Of a DNA stretch of 64,000 nucleotides, positions 13,409 to 30,349 are shown in pieces; position 1 is the first letter of the stretch, and each line of letters opens with the position of its first letter. The translations under genes and the position numbers were made by a program. The notes under the pieces are model-generated. The model was not told where the DNA came from. It saw only the letters and a program-made list of their open reading frames with translations, and did not search any database. The stretch lies in assembly GCF_009914755.1 (NCBI RefSeq), contig NC_060948.1. One strand, 5' to 3'. The DNA is from the human T2T-CHM13v2.0 reference genome, Homo sapiens.

Positions 13409-16400
13409 TTCCTGTCTTCTTACATTAATAAGAAAAATAAAACAAAATAGTGGTAAAGTGTTGGGGCGGCAAAAATTTTGGGAGGAGGTATGGAGAGATA
13501 ATGGGTGATGTTTCTCAGGGCTACTTCAAGGGGGATTAGGGGTGGTGTGGGAACCTAGAGTGGGAGAGATTAAGCTGAAGGAAGATTTTGTGGTAAGGGG
13601 TGATATTGTGGGGTTTTGTAAGAAGGAGCATTTCCTGTATAGAATGATTGGTGATGACCCGGATACAGTTTTGTATGAATTGAGAAACCAAACAGAAGAC
13701 ACAAGTTCCGAATAAGAGGAGAAAAACAGGTATTAAAGGACTAAGAATTGGGAGGACCCAGGACATCCAATTAGAGAATGCCCAAGGGTGTTCAGCATAA
13801 TTATTTGCTTGGTTGGTGAGTTTTGGGGCTCTATCCGTGAGTTTTTTTGTGTTGTCATACAGCAGGACAGATTGATTTAGGTTAAAACAACAATTTTCAT
13901 TTAAAAATACACAGAGTCCCCTTTTTTTAGCAGTGAGTAAGTCGAGGCCTCAGTGATTTTGGAGGAAAGAGAAATGCAAAGCCAGAAATTGTTTGCAAAA
14001 AGGATTAGAAATGGCTAGGAGAGAGTGAGTGAAATTGATAGTGTGGTGGAGATAGCTGGGGAGAGGTAGAGGGTGACATAAGAATGGGAACAAGAATAAA
14101 AGTAAGTATAAAAGTAAAGAATAGAACTTCATCAGGGTGAAAGTATTGGAGTGTACCCTGTCAGCAAACATTATTTATCCACTTTAAGAGTGACTTCAGG
14201 ATGGCGGTTTGAGGTAAAACCAGGAGATACCAGTTATGATGGTTTGAAGGAAAAGTGCAAACTGGCAGTGTAAACAAGGACAGGGTATTTATGAGTAGTC
14301 GAGAATGGTGAATAGGAGTATGACTAGACAGAAGATGGTAGGGATGACGACTTTTTGGGGTGCGGTTCAAGTTGGGCTGGTGTCTGGAATGAGACTGGGG
14401 CCTATGAAAAAGGAGCATCCATACAGGAGCTCAAATGGGCTGTACCTTGTAGCATTCTGAGGACAGGCCCAAATTCTGAGAAGGGCAAGTGGTAAAAGTA
14501 TTGTCCAGTCCTTTTTAAGTTGGAGGCTGAGCTTGGTGAGTTGTGTTTTTAAAAGACCATTAGTCTGTTTTACCTTTCCTGAAGATTGAGGATGATAAGG
14601 GGTATGAAGGTTCCACTGAATACCAAGAGCCTGAGAAACTGCTTGGGTGATTTGACTAATAAAGGCCAGTCCATTATCAGACTGTTTAGAGGTGGGAAGG
14701 CCAAACCAAGGAATTATATATGACAGAAGGGAAGAAATGACTGTGGTGGGCTTCTCAGACCCTGTGGGGAAAGGCGTCTGCTCATCCAGTGAAAGTGTCT
14801 ACCCAGATCCAGAGGTATTTTAGTTTCCTGACTCTGGGCATATGAGTAAAGTTAATTTCAGTGGGGCCATGAGGGACAGAAGTTGGAACACTAGCTGCTT
14901 CTTTAGCTACCTTATCAGCATATGTGTTGCCCTGAGCAATGGGATCTGATGCCTTTTGACAGCCCTTGCAGTGAATGACTCTAGCTTCCTTTGGAGTAAA
15001 GTGGCCTTGAGAAGAGTTTTCATTAGAAGAATAAATGATGGAGGACCCTTGCATAGTGAGGAAACCTCTTTCAGCCCATATAACAGCATGGTGGTGCAGG
15101 ATATGGAAGCATATTTAGAGTCAGCATAAATATTGATGCATAGTCCCTTTGCAAGAATGAGGGCCTGAGTTAAGGCAATGAATTCAGCTTGCTGAGAGGT
15201 AGTGGAGGAGGGCAGAGTTGTAGCCTCAATGATAGATGTGGAAGATACTATAGCATAGCCTGCCTTTGCTGGTGAGTGGCGATTAGGCCTGGTGGAACTG
15301 CCATTGATGAACCAAGTGTGATCAGGATGAGGAACAGGAAAGAAGGAAATATGGGGAAATTGAATGAATGTCAGGTGGATCAGAGAGATACAGTCATGGG
15401 GGTCAGGTGTGGTATCTGCAATAATGTGGGAAGCCGGATTGAAGTCCAGGCCAGGAACAATGGTAACTGTGGGAGACTCAGCAAAGGGTGAGTATAGCTG
15501 AAGGAGCCAGGGAGCAGAAAGTATATGCATCAGGTGTGAGGAAGAAAATTGAGTTTGGAAGTTATGAGAACTGTAGAGAGTGAGTGAGCATAGTTTGCGA
15601 TTTTGAGGGCCTCTAAAAGTACTAGGGCAGTGGCAGCCACTGCACAGAGACATGATGGCCAGGCTAAAACAGTAAGGTCAAGTTTTTTGGACAAAAAGTC
15701 TACAGGGTGCGGTCCCAGCTCTTGTGTAAGAATTCTAACCACACAGCCCTGCACTTTGGCTGTGTGTTATGAAAAAGGGTTGGAATGAGTTAGGGAGATC
15801 TAGTGTGGGAGCAGCTTCTAGGGCTTTTTATGGAATGGAAAGGAGTAGGGAAAGCATTTAAGATTTACGGGGTCAGCTAGGTTTCCTTTTGTGAGTTTAT
15901 ATAATGGTTTAGACAGGATGGCAAAACTAGGTATCCAAAGGTGAAAGTACCTAACTATGCCTAGGAAGGAAAGGAGTTGCTGTTTTTTAGAAGGGGTTGG
16001 GGTTTTGGAGATTAACCAGACACAATCAGCAGGGAGAGCATGTATGCTTTCATGAAGAATTATGCCAAGGTAGGTAATGGATGAGGAAGAACTTTGGGCT
16101 TGACTGAAGTAATAGGGGCTGTCCGTGAAGCCTTGCAGCAGTACAGCCCAGGTAATTTGCTGAGCTTGATGGTGTCAGGATCAGTCCAAGTGAAAGCGAA
16201 GAGAGGCTGGGATGAAGGGTGCAAAGGAATATTAAAGAAAGCATGTTTGAGATCCAGAACCGAACAATGGGTTGTGGAGGGAGGTATTGAGGATAGGAGA
16301 GTATATGGGTTTGGCACCATTGGGTGGATAGGCAAAACAATTTTGTTGATAAGGCACAGATCCTGAACTAACCTGTAAGACTTGTCTGGTTTTTGGACAG

Positions 16401-18758
16401 GTAAAATGGGCAAATTTTCAGGAGAGTTTTTAGGCTTTAAAAGGCCATGCTGTAACAGGCAAGTGATAAAAGGCTTTAATCCTTTTAAAATATGCTGTGG
16501 GATGGGATATTGGCATTGAGCGGAATAAGGGTAATTAGATTTTAATGGAATGGTAAGGGGTGCATGATTAGTTGCCAAGAAGGAAGTAGAGGTGCCCTAT
16601 ACTTGTGGATTAAGGTAGGGAGAGACAAGAGGAGGATATGAAGGGCAGCAATGAGGTATGGCTGTAGCCTAGGAATAGTCAGGGAAGCAGATAATTTAGT
16701 TAAAATGTCTCGACCTAATAAGGGAGCTGGGCAGGTGGGGATAACTAAGGAGTGTATGAAAGAATATTGTCCAAGTTGGCACCAGAGTTGGGGAGTTTTA
16801 AGAGGTGTAAAAGCCTGGCCATCAATACCCACAACAGTTATGGAGGCAAGGGAAACAGGTCATTGAAAAGAAGGCAATGTGAAGTGGGTAGCCTCCATGT
16901 TGATTAAGAAGGGGATGGACTTACTCTCCCTTGTAAGAGTTACCAGAAGTGTCTGTGATGGTCCAGGAAGCTTCTGAGGTGATTGGGCAGTGTTAGTCTT
17001 CAGCCGCTGAGTCAAGAAGATCTGGGAAGGAATCAGTCAGAGAGCCTTGGGCCAGAGTTTCAGGGGCTCTGGGAGTGGCTGCTGGGCGTGTTGGACAGTC
17101 CAGTTTCCAGTGGGGTCCTGCACAGATGGGACGTGGCTTAGGAGGAATCCTGGGCTGCAGGCATTCCTTGGCCCAGTGGCCAGATTTCTGGCACTTGAAG
17201 CAAGATCCTGGGGGAGGAGTTCCTGAAGGAATGCCTGACTGCTGTGGCTTAGGTGTTTTGAAGTTCTTGTGTGCTGGAGATGTGGCTGGGGTTTCTCTCA
17301 CAGTGGAGGCAAGGAATTGCAAGTCAGAAATATGTTGCTACTTCGCTGCCCCTACTCTTCTGGTACACCTTGGAGGTGAGGTTAATTAGGTCCTGTTATG
17401 GGGTCTTGGAGCTTTATTTAATGTCAGGAGCAGATTGGGCAATAAAATGTATATTGAGAATAAGAAAGCCTTCTGACCTTTCAGGGTCTAGGGCTGTAAA
17501 GCATCTCAGGGTTGCTGCCAAACGAGTCATGAACTGGGCTGGGTTTTTATATTTGATGAAAAAAAGCCTAAATGCTAACTGATTTGGGAGAGGCCGGATA
17601 AAGAAAAAGGAACATTAACCTTGACTGTGCCTTTAGCTCCAGCCACCTCTTTAAGGGAAATTGTTGGACAGGTAGCGGAGGGCTAGTCACAGAAAGAAGC
17701 TGGGCCAGGTGTGAGGAGGGAAGTTGATAGAAGGATTATAGGGTGTGGGAGTGGAGGCTGAGGAAGAATTGGAGCCTGATTCAGCCTGGTGGGGAGCGAC
17801 GTGGGGAGCAGTCTGGGGAGAGAAGAGAGGTCAGATGGGTTGGTAGAAAAGAAAGATCAAAAAGACTAAGCGACACTTGGGGTTGGGAATGAGGGGATGG
17901 TGGGAGGGAAAGAAGAAAGATTTGGCACAAGTCACATTGGGAGCAGAGATTAGGAAGGGACCGATGTGTAAAAGAATGCCTGGACATGAGGCATCTCAGA
18001 CCGTTTGCCCATTTTACAACAAAAATTATTGAGATCTTGTAGGATGGAAAAATTGAAATTGTCATTTTCTGGCTATTTGGAACCATTGTCGAGTTTATAT
18101 TGGGGTTACGCGGCATTGCAGAAGAAAATAAGTCACGTAGGTTTTAGGTCAGGTGTGAGTTGAAGAGGTTTTAAGTTCTTCAGAACACAGGCTAAGGGAG
18201 AAAAGGGAGGAATGGAGGTTGGAAGGTTGCCCATAGTGAAGGAGGTAAGCCCAGAGAAAAGAGAGGGTAGAAACATGGAAAGAAGAGGTAGGGGGTGCTT
18301 GCCCCACAGGAAAGTGGTGCTTGCCCCTAAGGGTGAAGGATAAAGGCATTCATCCCCACGATGATCAGACACCTCTGAAATGTGGGTGAATAATCAGGCA
18401 GGCTTCCCTGCAGTGATTAAACACCAAGGGAAGACTGTCTTCCTGAGTCTGTGACTGGTGCTGGAGTTTTGGGTTCATGGATAAAATGCATCTCCTCTGT
18501 CTCTACTAGAAAAGGAAAGGAATTGAAATTAAGAGAAAAGAGATATTGAAGGATGGCACCAAGATTGAAAGGAGTAAGAGGTTGAGAGATGGTAAGAGAC
18601 GTTGGTGAAGAGAGTGAAAAGAGGCTGCTTACCCAATTTAAAATTGGGGAGATGTTCCTTGGGCTGGTCGGTCTGAGGACCAGAGGTCGTAGGTGGATCT
18701 TTCTCATGGAGCAAAGAGCAAGAGGACAGGGGATTGATCTCCCAAGGGAGGTCCCCTG

Positions 18759-18776
18759 ATCTGAGTCATGGCACCA
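18759..18776 (-). other. Primer-binding site, tRNA-His
   Basis: Minus strand tggtgccatgactcagat vs TGGTGCCGTGACTCGGAT; two CpG-type mismatches. Confidence 0.9.
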
Positions 18777-18778
18777 AA

Positions 18779-19165
18779 TTTCATGCACGTCCATGTGAAG
18801 AGACCACCAAACAGGCTTTGTGTGAGCAATAAAGCTGTTTAATCACCTGGGTGCAGGTGGGCTGAGTCTGAAAAGAGAGTCAGCAAAGGGAGATAGAGGT
18901 GGGGCCATTTTATAGGATTTGGGTAGTTCGTGGAAAGTTACAGTCAAAGGGGGTTGTTCTCTGGCAGGCAGGGGTGGGGGTCACAAGGTGCTCAGTTGGG
19001 GAGCTTCTGAGTCAGAAGGAATTTCACAAGGTAATGTCATCAGTTAAGGCAGGAACCAGCAATTTTCACTTCTTTTGTGATTCTTCACTTGCTTTAGGCC
19101 ATCTGGATGTATATGTGCATGTCACAGGGGATATGATGGCTTAGCTTGGGCTCAGAGGCCTGACA
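18779..19165 (-). promoter_or_regulatory. HERV-H 5' LTR (LTR7 family)
   Basis: Minus strand starts 'tgtcaggcctctgagcccaagctaagcc' (LTR7 signature), with TATA-like 'cctataaaa'; adjacent to the PBS. Confidence 0.92.
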
Positions 19166-20779
19166 GTTACTTAATTTCTGTATATTTGTATGGTTTTGAA
19201 GGTTCTTTTTGTAGTTCATTTCCAGTTTTATTCCACTGTGGTTTGAGAGAGTGCTTCATGTAATTTCAATTTTCTTAAATTTATTGAGGCTTGTTTTATG
19301 GCCCATCATATGCTCTATCTTGGAGAAAGTTCCATGTGCTGTTGAATAGAATTGTATTCTGTGATTGTTGGATGAAATGTTCTGTATATATCTGTTGAGT
19401 CCATTTGTTCCAATCTTTGTTGACTTTCTGTCCTGATGACCTATCAAGTGCTGTCAGTGGAGTTTTGAAGTCCCTCACTATTACTGTGTTGTTGTCTATC
19501 TCATTTCTTAAGTCTGTTAGCAACTGTTCTATAAATTTGACAGCTCCAGTGTTAGGTGCATATATGTTTAGGATTGTGATATTTTCCTGTTGCACAAGGT
19601 CTTTACCATTATATAATGTCCCTTTTTGTCTCTTTTAACTGTTGTTGCTTTAAAGCTTGTTTTGTCTGCTACAAGAATAGCTGCTCCTGCTCACTTTTGG
19701 TGTCCATTTGCATGAAATTCCTTTTTCCACCTCTTTACTTTAAGTTTATGAGAGTCCTTTTGTGCCAGGCGAGTCTCCTGAAGGCAGCAGATGGTTGGTG
19801 AGTTCTTATCCATTGTGAGGTTCTGTATCTTTTAAGTGGGCCATTTAGGCCACTTACATTCAATGTTAGTATTGAAATGTGAGGTACTGCTGAATTCATC
19901 GTGCTCTTTTGTTGCCTGTGTACTTTTTTCTTTTCTTTTCTTTTTTTCTTTTTAATTTGTTCCTTTGTTGTTGTTGTTTCAGAGGTCCTGTGTGATTTAT
20001 GCTTTAAAGATCTGTTTTGATGTGTTTCCAGGATTTGTTTCAAGATTTAGAGCTCCTTTTAGCAGTTCTTGTACTGGTGGTTTGGTAGTGGCAAATTCTC
20101 TCAGTATTTGTTTGTCTGAAAAAGACTATCTTTCCTTCATACATGATGCTTAGTTTCACTGCATACCAAATTCTTGACTGATAATTGTTTTGCTTGAGGA
20201 GGCTAAAGATAGGGCCCCAAACCCTTCTAGCTTGTAGGGTTTCTGCTGAGAAATCTGCTGTTAATCTGATAGGTTTTTCTTTATAGTTCACCTGGTGCTT
20301 CTGTCTCACAGCTCTTAAGATTCTTTCCTTTGTCTTAACTTTGGATAATCTGATGACAATGTACCTAGGCAAAGATCTTTCTGTGATGAATTTCTGGGGT
20401 GTTCTTTGTGCTTCTTGTATTTGGATGTCTAGGTCTGTAGCAAGGCTGGGGAAGTTTTCCTCAATTATTTCCCCAAGTATGTTTTCACAACTTTTAGAAT
20501 TCTCTTCTTCCTCAGGAACACCAATTATCCTTAGATTTGGTCGTTTAACATAATCCCAGACTTTGTTCGTACTTCTTATTCTTTTTTTCTTTGTCTATGT
20601 TGGATTGGGTTAATTTGAAGACCTTGTCTTCAAGGTCTGAGTTTGTTTCTTCTACTTGTTCAATTCTATTGTTGAGACTTTTCAGAGCATTTTGCATTTC
20701 CAAAAGTGTATCCAGAGTTTCCTGAATATTTATTTTTTCTTTAAGCTATATATTTCCTTGAATATTTCTCCCTTCACTT

Positions 20780-20848
20780 CTTTTTTTTTTGAGCCTCTGT
20801 CACCCAGGCTGGAGTGCAGTGATGCAACCTTGGTTCACCACAACCTTC
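20780..20848 (-). mobile_element. Alu 3'-end fragment interrupted by LTR2
   Basis: Poly-T then 'ctctgtcacccaggctggagtgcagtg...caaccttc', stopping abruptly at the LTR. Confidence 0.8.
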
Positions 20849-21305
20849 TAAGGGAGGAGACCACCCCTCATATTGTCTTATGTCCAATTTCTGCTTCCAA
20901 AGAAAGAAAAAGTAAAAACTAAAAGGCAGAAATGAAATCCACAGGCAGACAGCCTGGCGCAACGCCTTGGGTCTGGTTAAGGATCGACCCCCAACCTAAC
21001 CAATTATGTTATCTATAGATTTCAGACATTGTATGGAAAAGCATTGTGAAAATCCCTGTCCTGTTTTGTTCCATGCTGATTACCAGTGCATGCAGCCCCT
21101 AGTCACGTACCCACTGCTTGCTCAATCACAACCCTCTCATATGGACCCCATTAGAGTTGCAAGCCCTTAAAAGGGACAGGAATTGCTCATTCAGGGAGCT
21201 CTGTTTTTGGAGGCGTAAGTCTTTCTGAAGCTCCCAGCTGAATTCAGCCCTTCCTTCTTTAACTTGGTGTCTAAGGGGGTTTTGTCTGTGGCTTGTCCTG
21301 CTACA
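20849..21305 (+). promoter_or_regulatory. LTR2-family 5' LTR (Harlequin/HERV-E group)
   Basis: Starts 'taagggaggagaccacccctcatattgtcttatg', ends 'gcttgtcctgctaca'. Confidence 0.88.
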
Positions 21306-21310
21306 TTTCT

Positions 21311-21328
21311 TGGTTCCCTGACTGGGAA
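21311..21328 (+). other. Primer-binding site, tRNA-Glu
   Basis: tggttccctgactgggaa vs TGGTTCCCTGACCGGGAA; one mismatch. Confidence 0.9.
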
Positions 21329-23651
21329 GCAAGGTGATTAATGGATGGTCAAGGCAGCCATTTAGGTGGCTTAGGACTGCCCTGTGGAGCATCCCTGCAT
21401 GGGACTCTGGCCAGCTTGAGTGACACACATCCTGAGAGCGCTCCCATGTAGACAGTTGCCCTGGTACAACGCCTCACCAGAGCAGCACGTGGCAGGCCAC
21501 CATGGAGAATCAATGCAGTGGCTGAACACCAGGAAGGAACTGGCTCTTGGAGTCTGGACATCTGAAACTTGGTAAATCACCCACTCCATTTGAATGGAAG
21601 CATGGCCTGATCACCCACAGTGTGCCTGTACTGGCACTTTGGTTTTTGTTTTTGACTTGACTTGGATTGCTTGATACTTTGGTTTTGGGTTTGACCTGGC
21701 TTAGATTTCTTCATACTCCAATTTTGGTTTGAGTCTTATTTGGTGTAAATTGTAAATATGTGTGTGTGCCCTTTTTACCTGTTCTTTGTTTTGTGGTGTG
21801 TGTGGTGTGTGAGCATGTTGTTTTATCTTGAGGAAGCATGGGTCAGGCACAAAGTAAGCCTATCCCACCAGGAACTATGTTCAAAATTTTCAAGAAAGGA
21901 TTTAAGGGAAATTATGGTGTTACTATGACACCAGGAAACTTAGAACTTTGTGTGAAATAGACTGGCGAGCATTAGAGGTGGGTTGGTTGTCAGAAAGAAG
22001 CCTGGATAGGTCCCTTTTTTCAAAAGTATGGCACAAAGTAACCTGTAAGCCAGGGCGCCCAAACCAGTTCCCGGACATAGACACTTGGTTACAGCTCATT
22101 TTAGACACCCCTCCACCCCACCACACACCCCACAGTGGTTGAAAGAACAGCAGCATAAGCAGCTGGCAGAGGCAAGGAAGGACCAGCAGAGAGAGAGAGA
22201 GGAAACAGAGAGGAAAAGAGCCAAATAGAGAGAGGAAGAGACAGAGAGACAAAGAGGGAGTCAAGGAGAGAGAGAGAGAGGCAGAGAGAGAGGAAGAAAC
22301 AGAGACAAAAGGAAAGTCAAAGAGACAGAAAGTCAAAGAGAAAAAGAGATATACAAGTAGTTAAGAAAAAAACCAGTGTACCCTATTCCTTTAAACACCA
22401 AGGTAAATGTAAAATCTATAATTAATAATTAAAGGTATTCTTCATAACCCTATAACACTCCAGTACCACTTTGTTGTCAATGTAAACAAGGGTGTATCTC
22501 AAAAGCACTGAGGCCTTCCTATCAAAAATCCTCAACCCAGTAACCCACAGACAGCCCAAATGCATTCAGTCTGTAGCGGCAACTGCTTTGCTAACAGCAG
22601 AAAGTAAAAAAATAACTTTCAGAGGAAACCTTATTGTGAGCACACCTCACCAGTTCAGAAGTATCCTAAGAAAAAAAAAAAAAAAGAGGATTTAACATTA
22701 ACCCCTGAAAATTCCCTTAACCCAGTAGATTTCCTAAGAGGTGATCTAAATCTTTATTACCATAAAAGGGTCCAAACAGACCTAGGAGGAACTCCCTTCA
22801 GGACAGGAGGATAGATGTTTCCTCCCCAGTAATTACAAAAAAAAAAACCATCTATACCAATTCTAATTTAATTTGGAATAAACAAAGTCTTATTAACAGC
22901 AGAGGATAATTGAAATCCCAAACTTACAAGGTTTTCAACAAAAGTAAAATTTGCTAAAAGTTAACAGTATAACATGTATTATAGTAACTTCTAATCTTGT
23001 GGCCCTAGACAGTCTAGTCCACAGACAACAAAGAAGTTCACTTTGGAAAAGAATGATTGTCTTCAAAAAAAAAAAAAGGGGGAAAAAAAGAGGAGTGCAG
23101 AATTTATGTAAAAGGATTGCTGTATGGTAAATTCTTCTCCTGAAATAAATGAACTGGTTCTTTAAAGAAAGAAATGTTTATAGTAAGTCTGAAAGTTGAC
23201 GCAGGTTGAATAATTGTTGGTGAAAGTTGTGAAAGAGAAAAAAAGTTATATAAAAAACGAATTTATGCAAGAGATGTTGCATAATTTAAAAGTAATTAGG
23301 CCTCCTGAGTACTATTAAACAGTGTATCTGCGAGGTGTATATGGAAAGTAAAATATATCTTTGTTAAAAAGATTATAAGGAGAAGGTGGAGCCAAGATGG
23401 CAGAATAGGAACAGCTCCAGTCTACAGCTCCTAGCGTGAGCGACACAGAAGATGGGTGATTTCTGCATTTCCAACTGAGGTACCAGGTTCATCTCACTGG
23501 GGAGTATCAGACAGTGGGTACAGGACAGTGGGTGCAGCACACCAAGCATGAGCCGAAGCAGGGCAAGGCATCACCTCACCTGGAAAGTGCAAAGGGTCAG
23601 GGAATTCCCTTTCCTAGTCAAAGAAAGGGGTGACAGATGGCACTTGGAAAA

Positions 23652-23834
23652 TCAGGCCACTCCCACCCTAATACTGTGCTTTTCCAATGGTCTTACCAAA
23701 CGGCACACCAGGAGATTATATCCTGCACATGGCTCAGAGGGTCCTATGCCCATGGAGCTACGCTCATTGCTAGCACAGCAGTCTGAGATCAAACTGCAAG
23801 GCGGCAGCGAGGCTGGGGGAAGGGCGCCCGCCAT
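23652..23834 (-). pseudogene. L1 antisense ORF0, truncated to 60 aa
   Basis: MAGALPPASLPPCSLISDCCASNERSSMGIGPSEP...IRVGVA* matches primate L1 ORF0 (MAGAPPPASLPPCSLISDCCASN...). Premature TGA. Confidence 0.8.
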
Positions 23835-24411
23835 TGCCGAAGCTTGAGCAGGTAAACAAAGTGGCCAGGAAGCTGGAACTGGGTGGAGCCCACTGCAGCT
23901 CAAGGAGGCCTGCCTGCCTCTGTAGACTCCACCTCTAGGGGCAGGGCATAGCCAAACAAAAGGCAGCAGAAAACTCTGTGCAGACTTAAATGTCCCTGTG
24001 TGAGAGCTTTGAAGAGAGTAGTGGTTCTCCCAGCATGCAGCTTGAGATCTGAGAACAGACAGACTGCCTCCTCAAGTGGGTCCCCAACCCCCGAGTAGCC
24101 TAACTGGGAGACACCCCCAAGTAGGGGCAGACTGACACCTCACACGGCTGGGTACTCCTCTAAGACAAAACTTCCAGAGGAACAATCAGGCAGCAGCATT
24201 TGCAGTTCACCAATGTACACTGTTCTGCAGCCTCCATTGCTGATACCCAGGCAAACAGGGTCTGGAGTGGACCTCCAGCAAACCCCAACAGACCTGCAGC
24301 TGAGGGTCCTGACTGTTAGAAGGAAAACTAACAAACAGAAAGGACATCTGCACCAAAATCCCATCTGTACGTCACCATCATCAAAGACCAAAGACAGATA
24401 AAACCACAAAG

Positions 24412-25421
24412 ATGGGGAAAAAACAAAGCAGAAAAACTGGAAACTCTAAAAATTGGAGCACCTCTCCTCCTTGAAGGGAACACAGCTCCTCATCAGCAAT
24501 GGAACAAAGCTGGGCAGAGAATGACTTTGACAATTTGAGAGAAGAAGGCTTCAGATCAAACTACTCCAAGCTAAAGGAGGAAGTTCGAACCCATGGCAAA
24601 GAAGTTAAAAACCTTGAAAAAAAATTAGGCAAACAGCTACCTAGAATAACCAATTCAGAGAAGTCCTTAAAGGACCTGATGGAGCTGAAAACCACAGCAT
24701 GAGAACTATGTGACGAATGCACAAGCCTCAGTAGCTGATTCAATCAACTGGAAGAAAGGATATCAGTGATGGAAGATCAAATGAATGAAATGAAGTGAGA
24801 AGAGAAGTTTAGAGAAAAAAGAATAAAAAGAAACAAAGCCTCCAAGAAATACGGGACTATGTGAAAAGACCAAATCTACATCTGACTGGTGTATCTGAAA
24901 GTGACAGGGAGAATGGAAACAAGTTGGAAAACACTCTGCAGGATATGATCCAGGAGAACTTCCCCAACCTAGCAAGGCAGGCCAATATTCAAATTCAGGA
25001 AATACAGAGAATGCCACAAAGATACTTCTTGAAAAGAGCAACTCCAAGACACATAATTGTCAGATTCACCAAAGCTGAAATGAAGGAAAAAATGTTAAGG
25101 GCAGCCAGAGAGGAAGGTCGGGTTACCCACAAAGGGAAGCCCATCAGACTAACAGCAGATGTCTTGGCAGAAACTCTTCAAGCCAGAAGAGAGTGGGGGC
25201 CAATATGCAACATTCTTAAAGAAAAGAATTTTCAACCCAGAATTTCATATCCAGCCAAACTAAGCTTCATTAGTGAAGGAAACATAAAATCCTTTACAGA
25301 CAAGCAAATGCTGAGAGATTTTCTCACCACCAGACCTGCCCTAAAAGAGCTCCTGAAGGAAGCACTAAACATGGAAAGGAACAATCGGTATCAGCCACTG
25401 CAAAAACATGCCAAATTGTAA
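24412..25421 (+). pseudogene. L1 ORF1p, disrupted
   Basis: ATG GGG AAA AAA CAA at 24412; internal stops and frameshifts; C-terminal frame ends ...ERNNRYQPLQKHAKL*. Confidence 0.92.
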
Positions 25422-25484
25422 AGATCATCGATGCTAGGAAGAAACTGCATCAAATAATGAGCAAAACAACCAGCTAATATCATG

Positions 25485-29293
<3,809 letters not shown>

Positions 29294-30349
29294 ACAATGA
29301 GAACACGTGGACACAGGAAGGGGAACATTAAACACTGGGGCCTGTTGCGGGGTGGGGGAAAGGAGGGATAGCATTAGGAAATATACCTAATGTTAAATGA
29401 CAAGTTAATGGGTGCAGCACACCAACATGAAACATGTATACATATGTAACAAACCTGGACATTGTGCACATAACCCTAAAACTTAAAGTATAATTTAAAA
29501 AAAAGATTATAAGGAGATGTAGGAATGTAAATTTTTGCCTACATTAAAAGTTTAAAAAATTTGTTTTGAAGGTTTAAGCAAGTTTTAACACAATTGTAAA
29601 GAAAATTCTGTGTCTAAACATATTGGCTAAAGTCAAAGGGGTATCATCCAGCTTTTCTGTCAACTGAACATTAAAATAAAAACACAATGGGTTTTTCTTA
29701 AAGCAGTAATCTGCTCTTTAACAAAGATTATAAAAGGTTAAAAAAAGGCCTATAAAAATCTTACCTTATGGTCCGACATTAAAAATTGAATAAATATGTC
29801 TATAAAGTTTTATTAAAACTAAGTTTAACATTAATAACACACTAATATAAAGGTGAAATTTAGCTTATCTGGTATAAAAATCATACAGGAAGCACTGTCA
29901 AATATAAAATGGTTTGGCTTCTTTGGTCTAAAAATCTAATAAAAATGGGTGCTAAAGCAAATTTCTCAGTAGAAAGGCACCAAGAACTATAAAGCCCACT
30001 GCTGATGTCCTCACATTTAAAATAAAAGTTCAATTTCTTAAAAATTATATACTTGGTTTATCTTCCCCTTTCCTTTCCCTCAAAACTAAAAGTCTTTTAG
30101 CACATGTAAAACCCCTAGGATTTCCCATAAACCAGCACCAGCCTGAAGATCACGTTCTCATCAAAAGGTGAAAAAACAAAAAGGAAACTCGAGCCAGCCT
30201 AGGAAGGACCCTACCTTGTGCTGCTAACCACCGAGACTGTTCATACAGTGAAAAAGGGATGGACTCATCACACATGAGTCAAGAAAGTGCCACACCCTCC
30301 AGAATCGTGAGCTGTAGTCCCAGGAGAAAACCTCACCAAACCGAAGCTA

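Larger units (their letters stand above)
13020..19165 (-). mobile_element. HERV-H provirus, internally deleted type, two LTR7-family LTRs
   Basis: LTRs at 13020-13408 and 18779-19165; 5-bp TSD 'gttac' (13015-19 and 19166-70). Gag knuckle [14 protein letters not shown] (ORF 16993-17322), RT VQDL/LDLKHAFF (16060-16578), RNase H (14907-15653), env remnants. Confidence 0.95.
11181..20780 (-). mobile_element. Inverted body of the same L1PB (ORF1 remainder and ORF2 EN/RT), split by HERV-H
   Basis: Minus-strand ORF2 pieces (11230-11421, 12123-12326, 12397-12654, 19296-19595 QQENITILNIYAPN) and ORF1 piece 20040-20372 (PRYIVIRLSKVKTKERILRA). L1 sequence is continuous across the HERV-H TSD. Confidence 0.88.
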
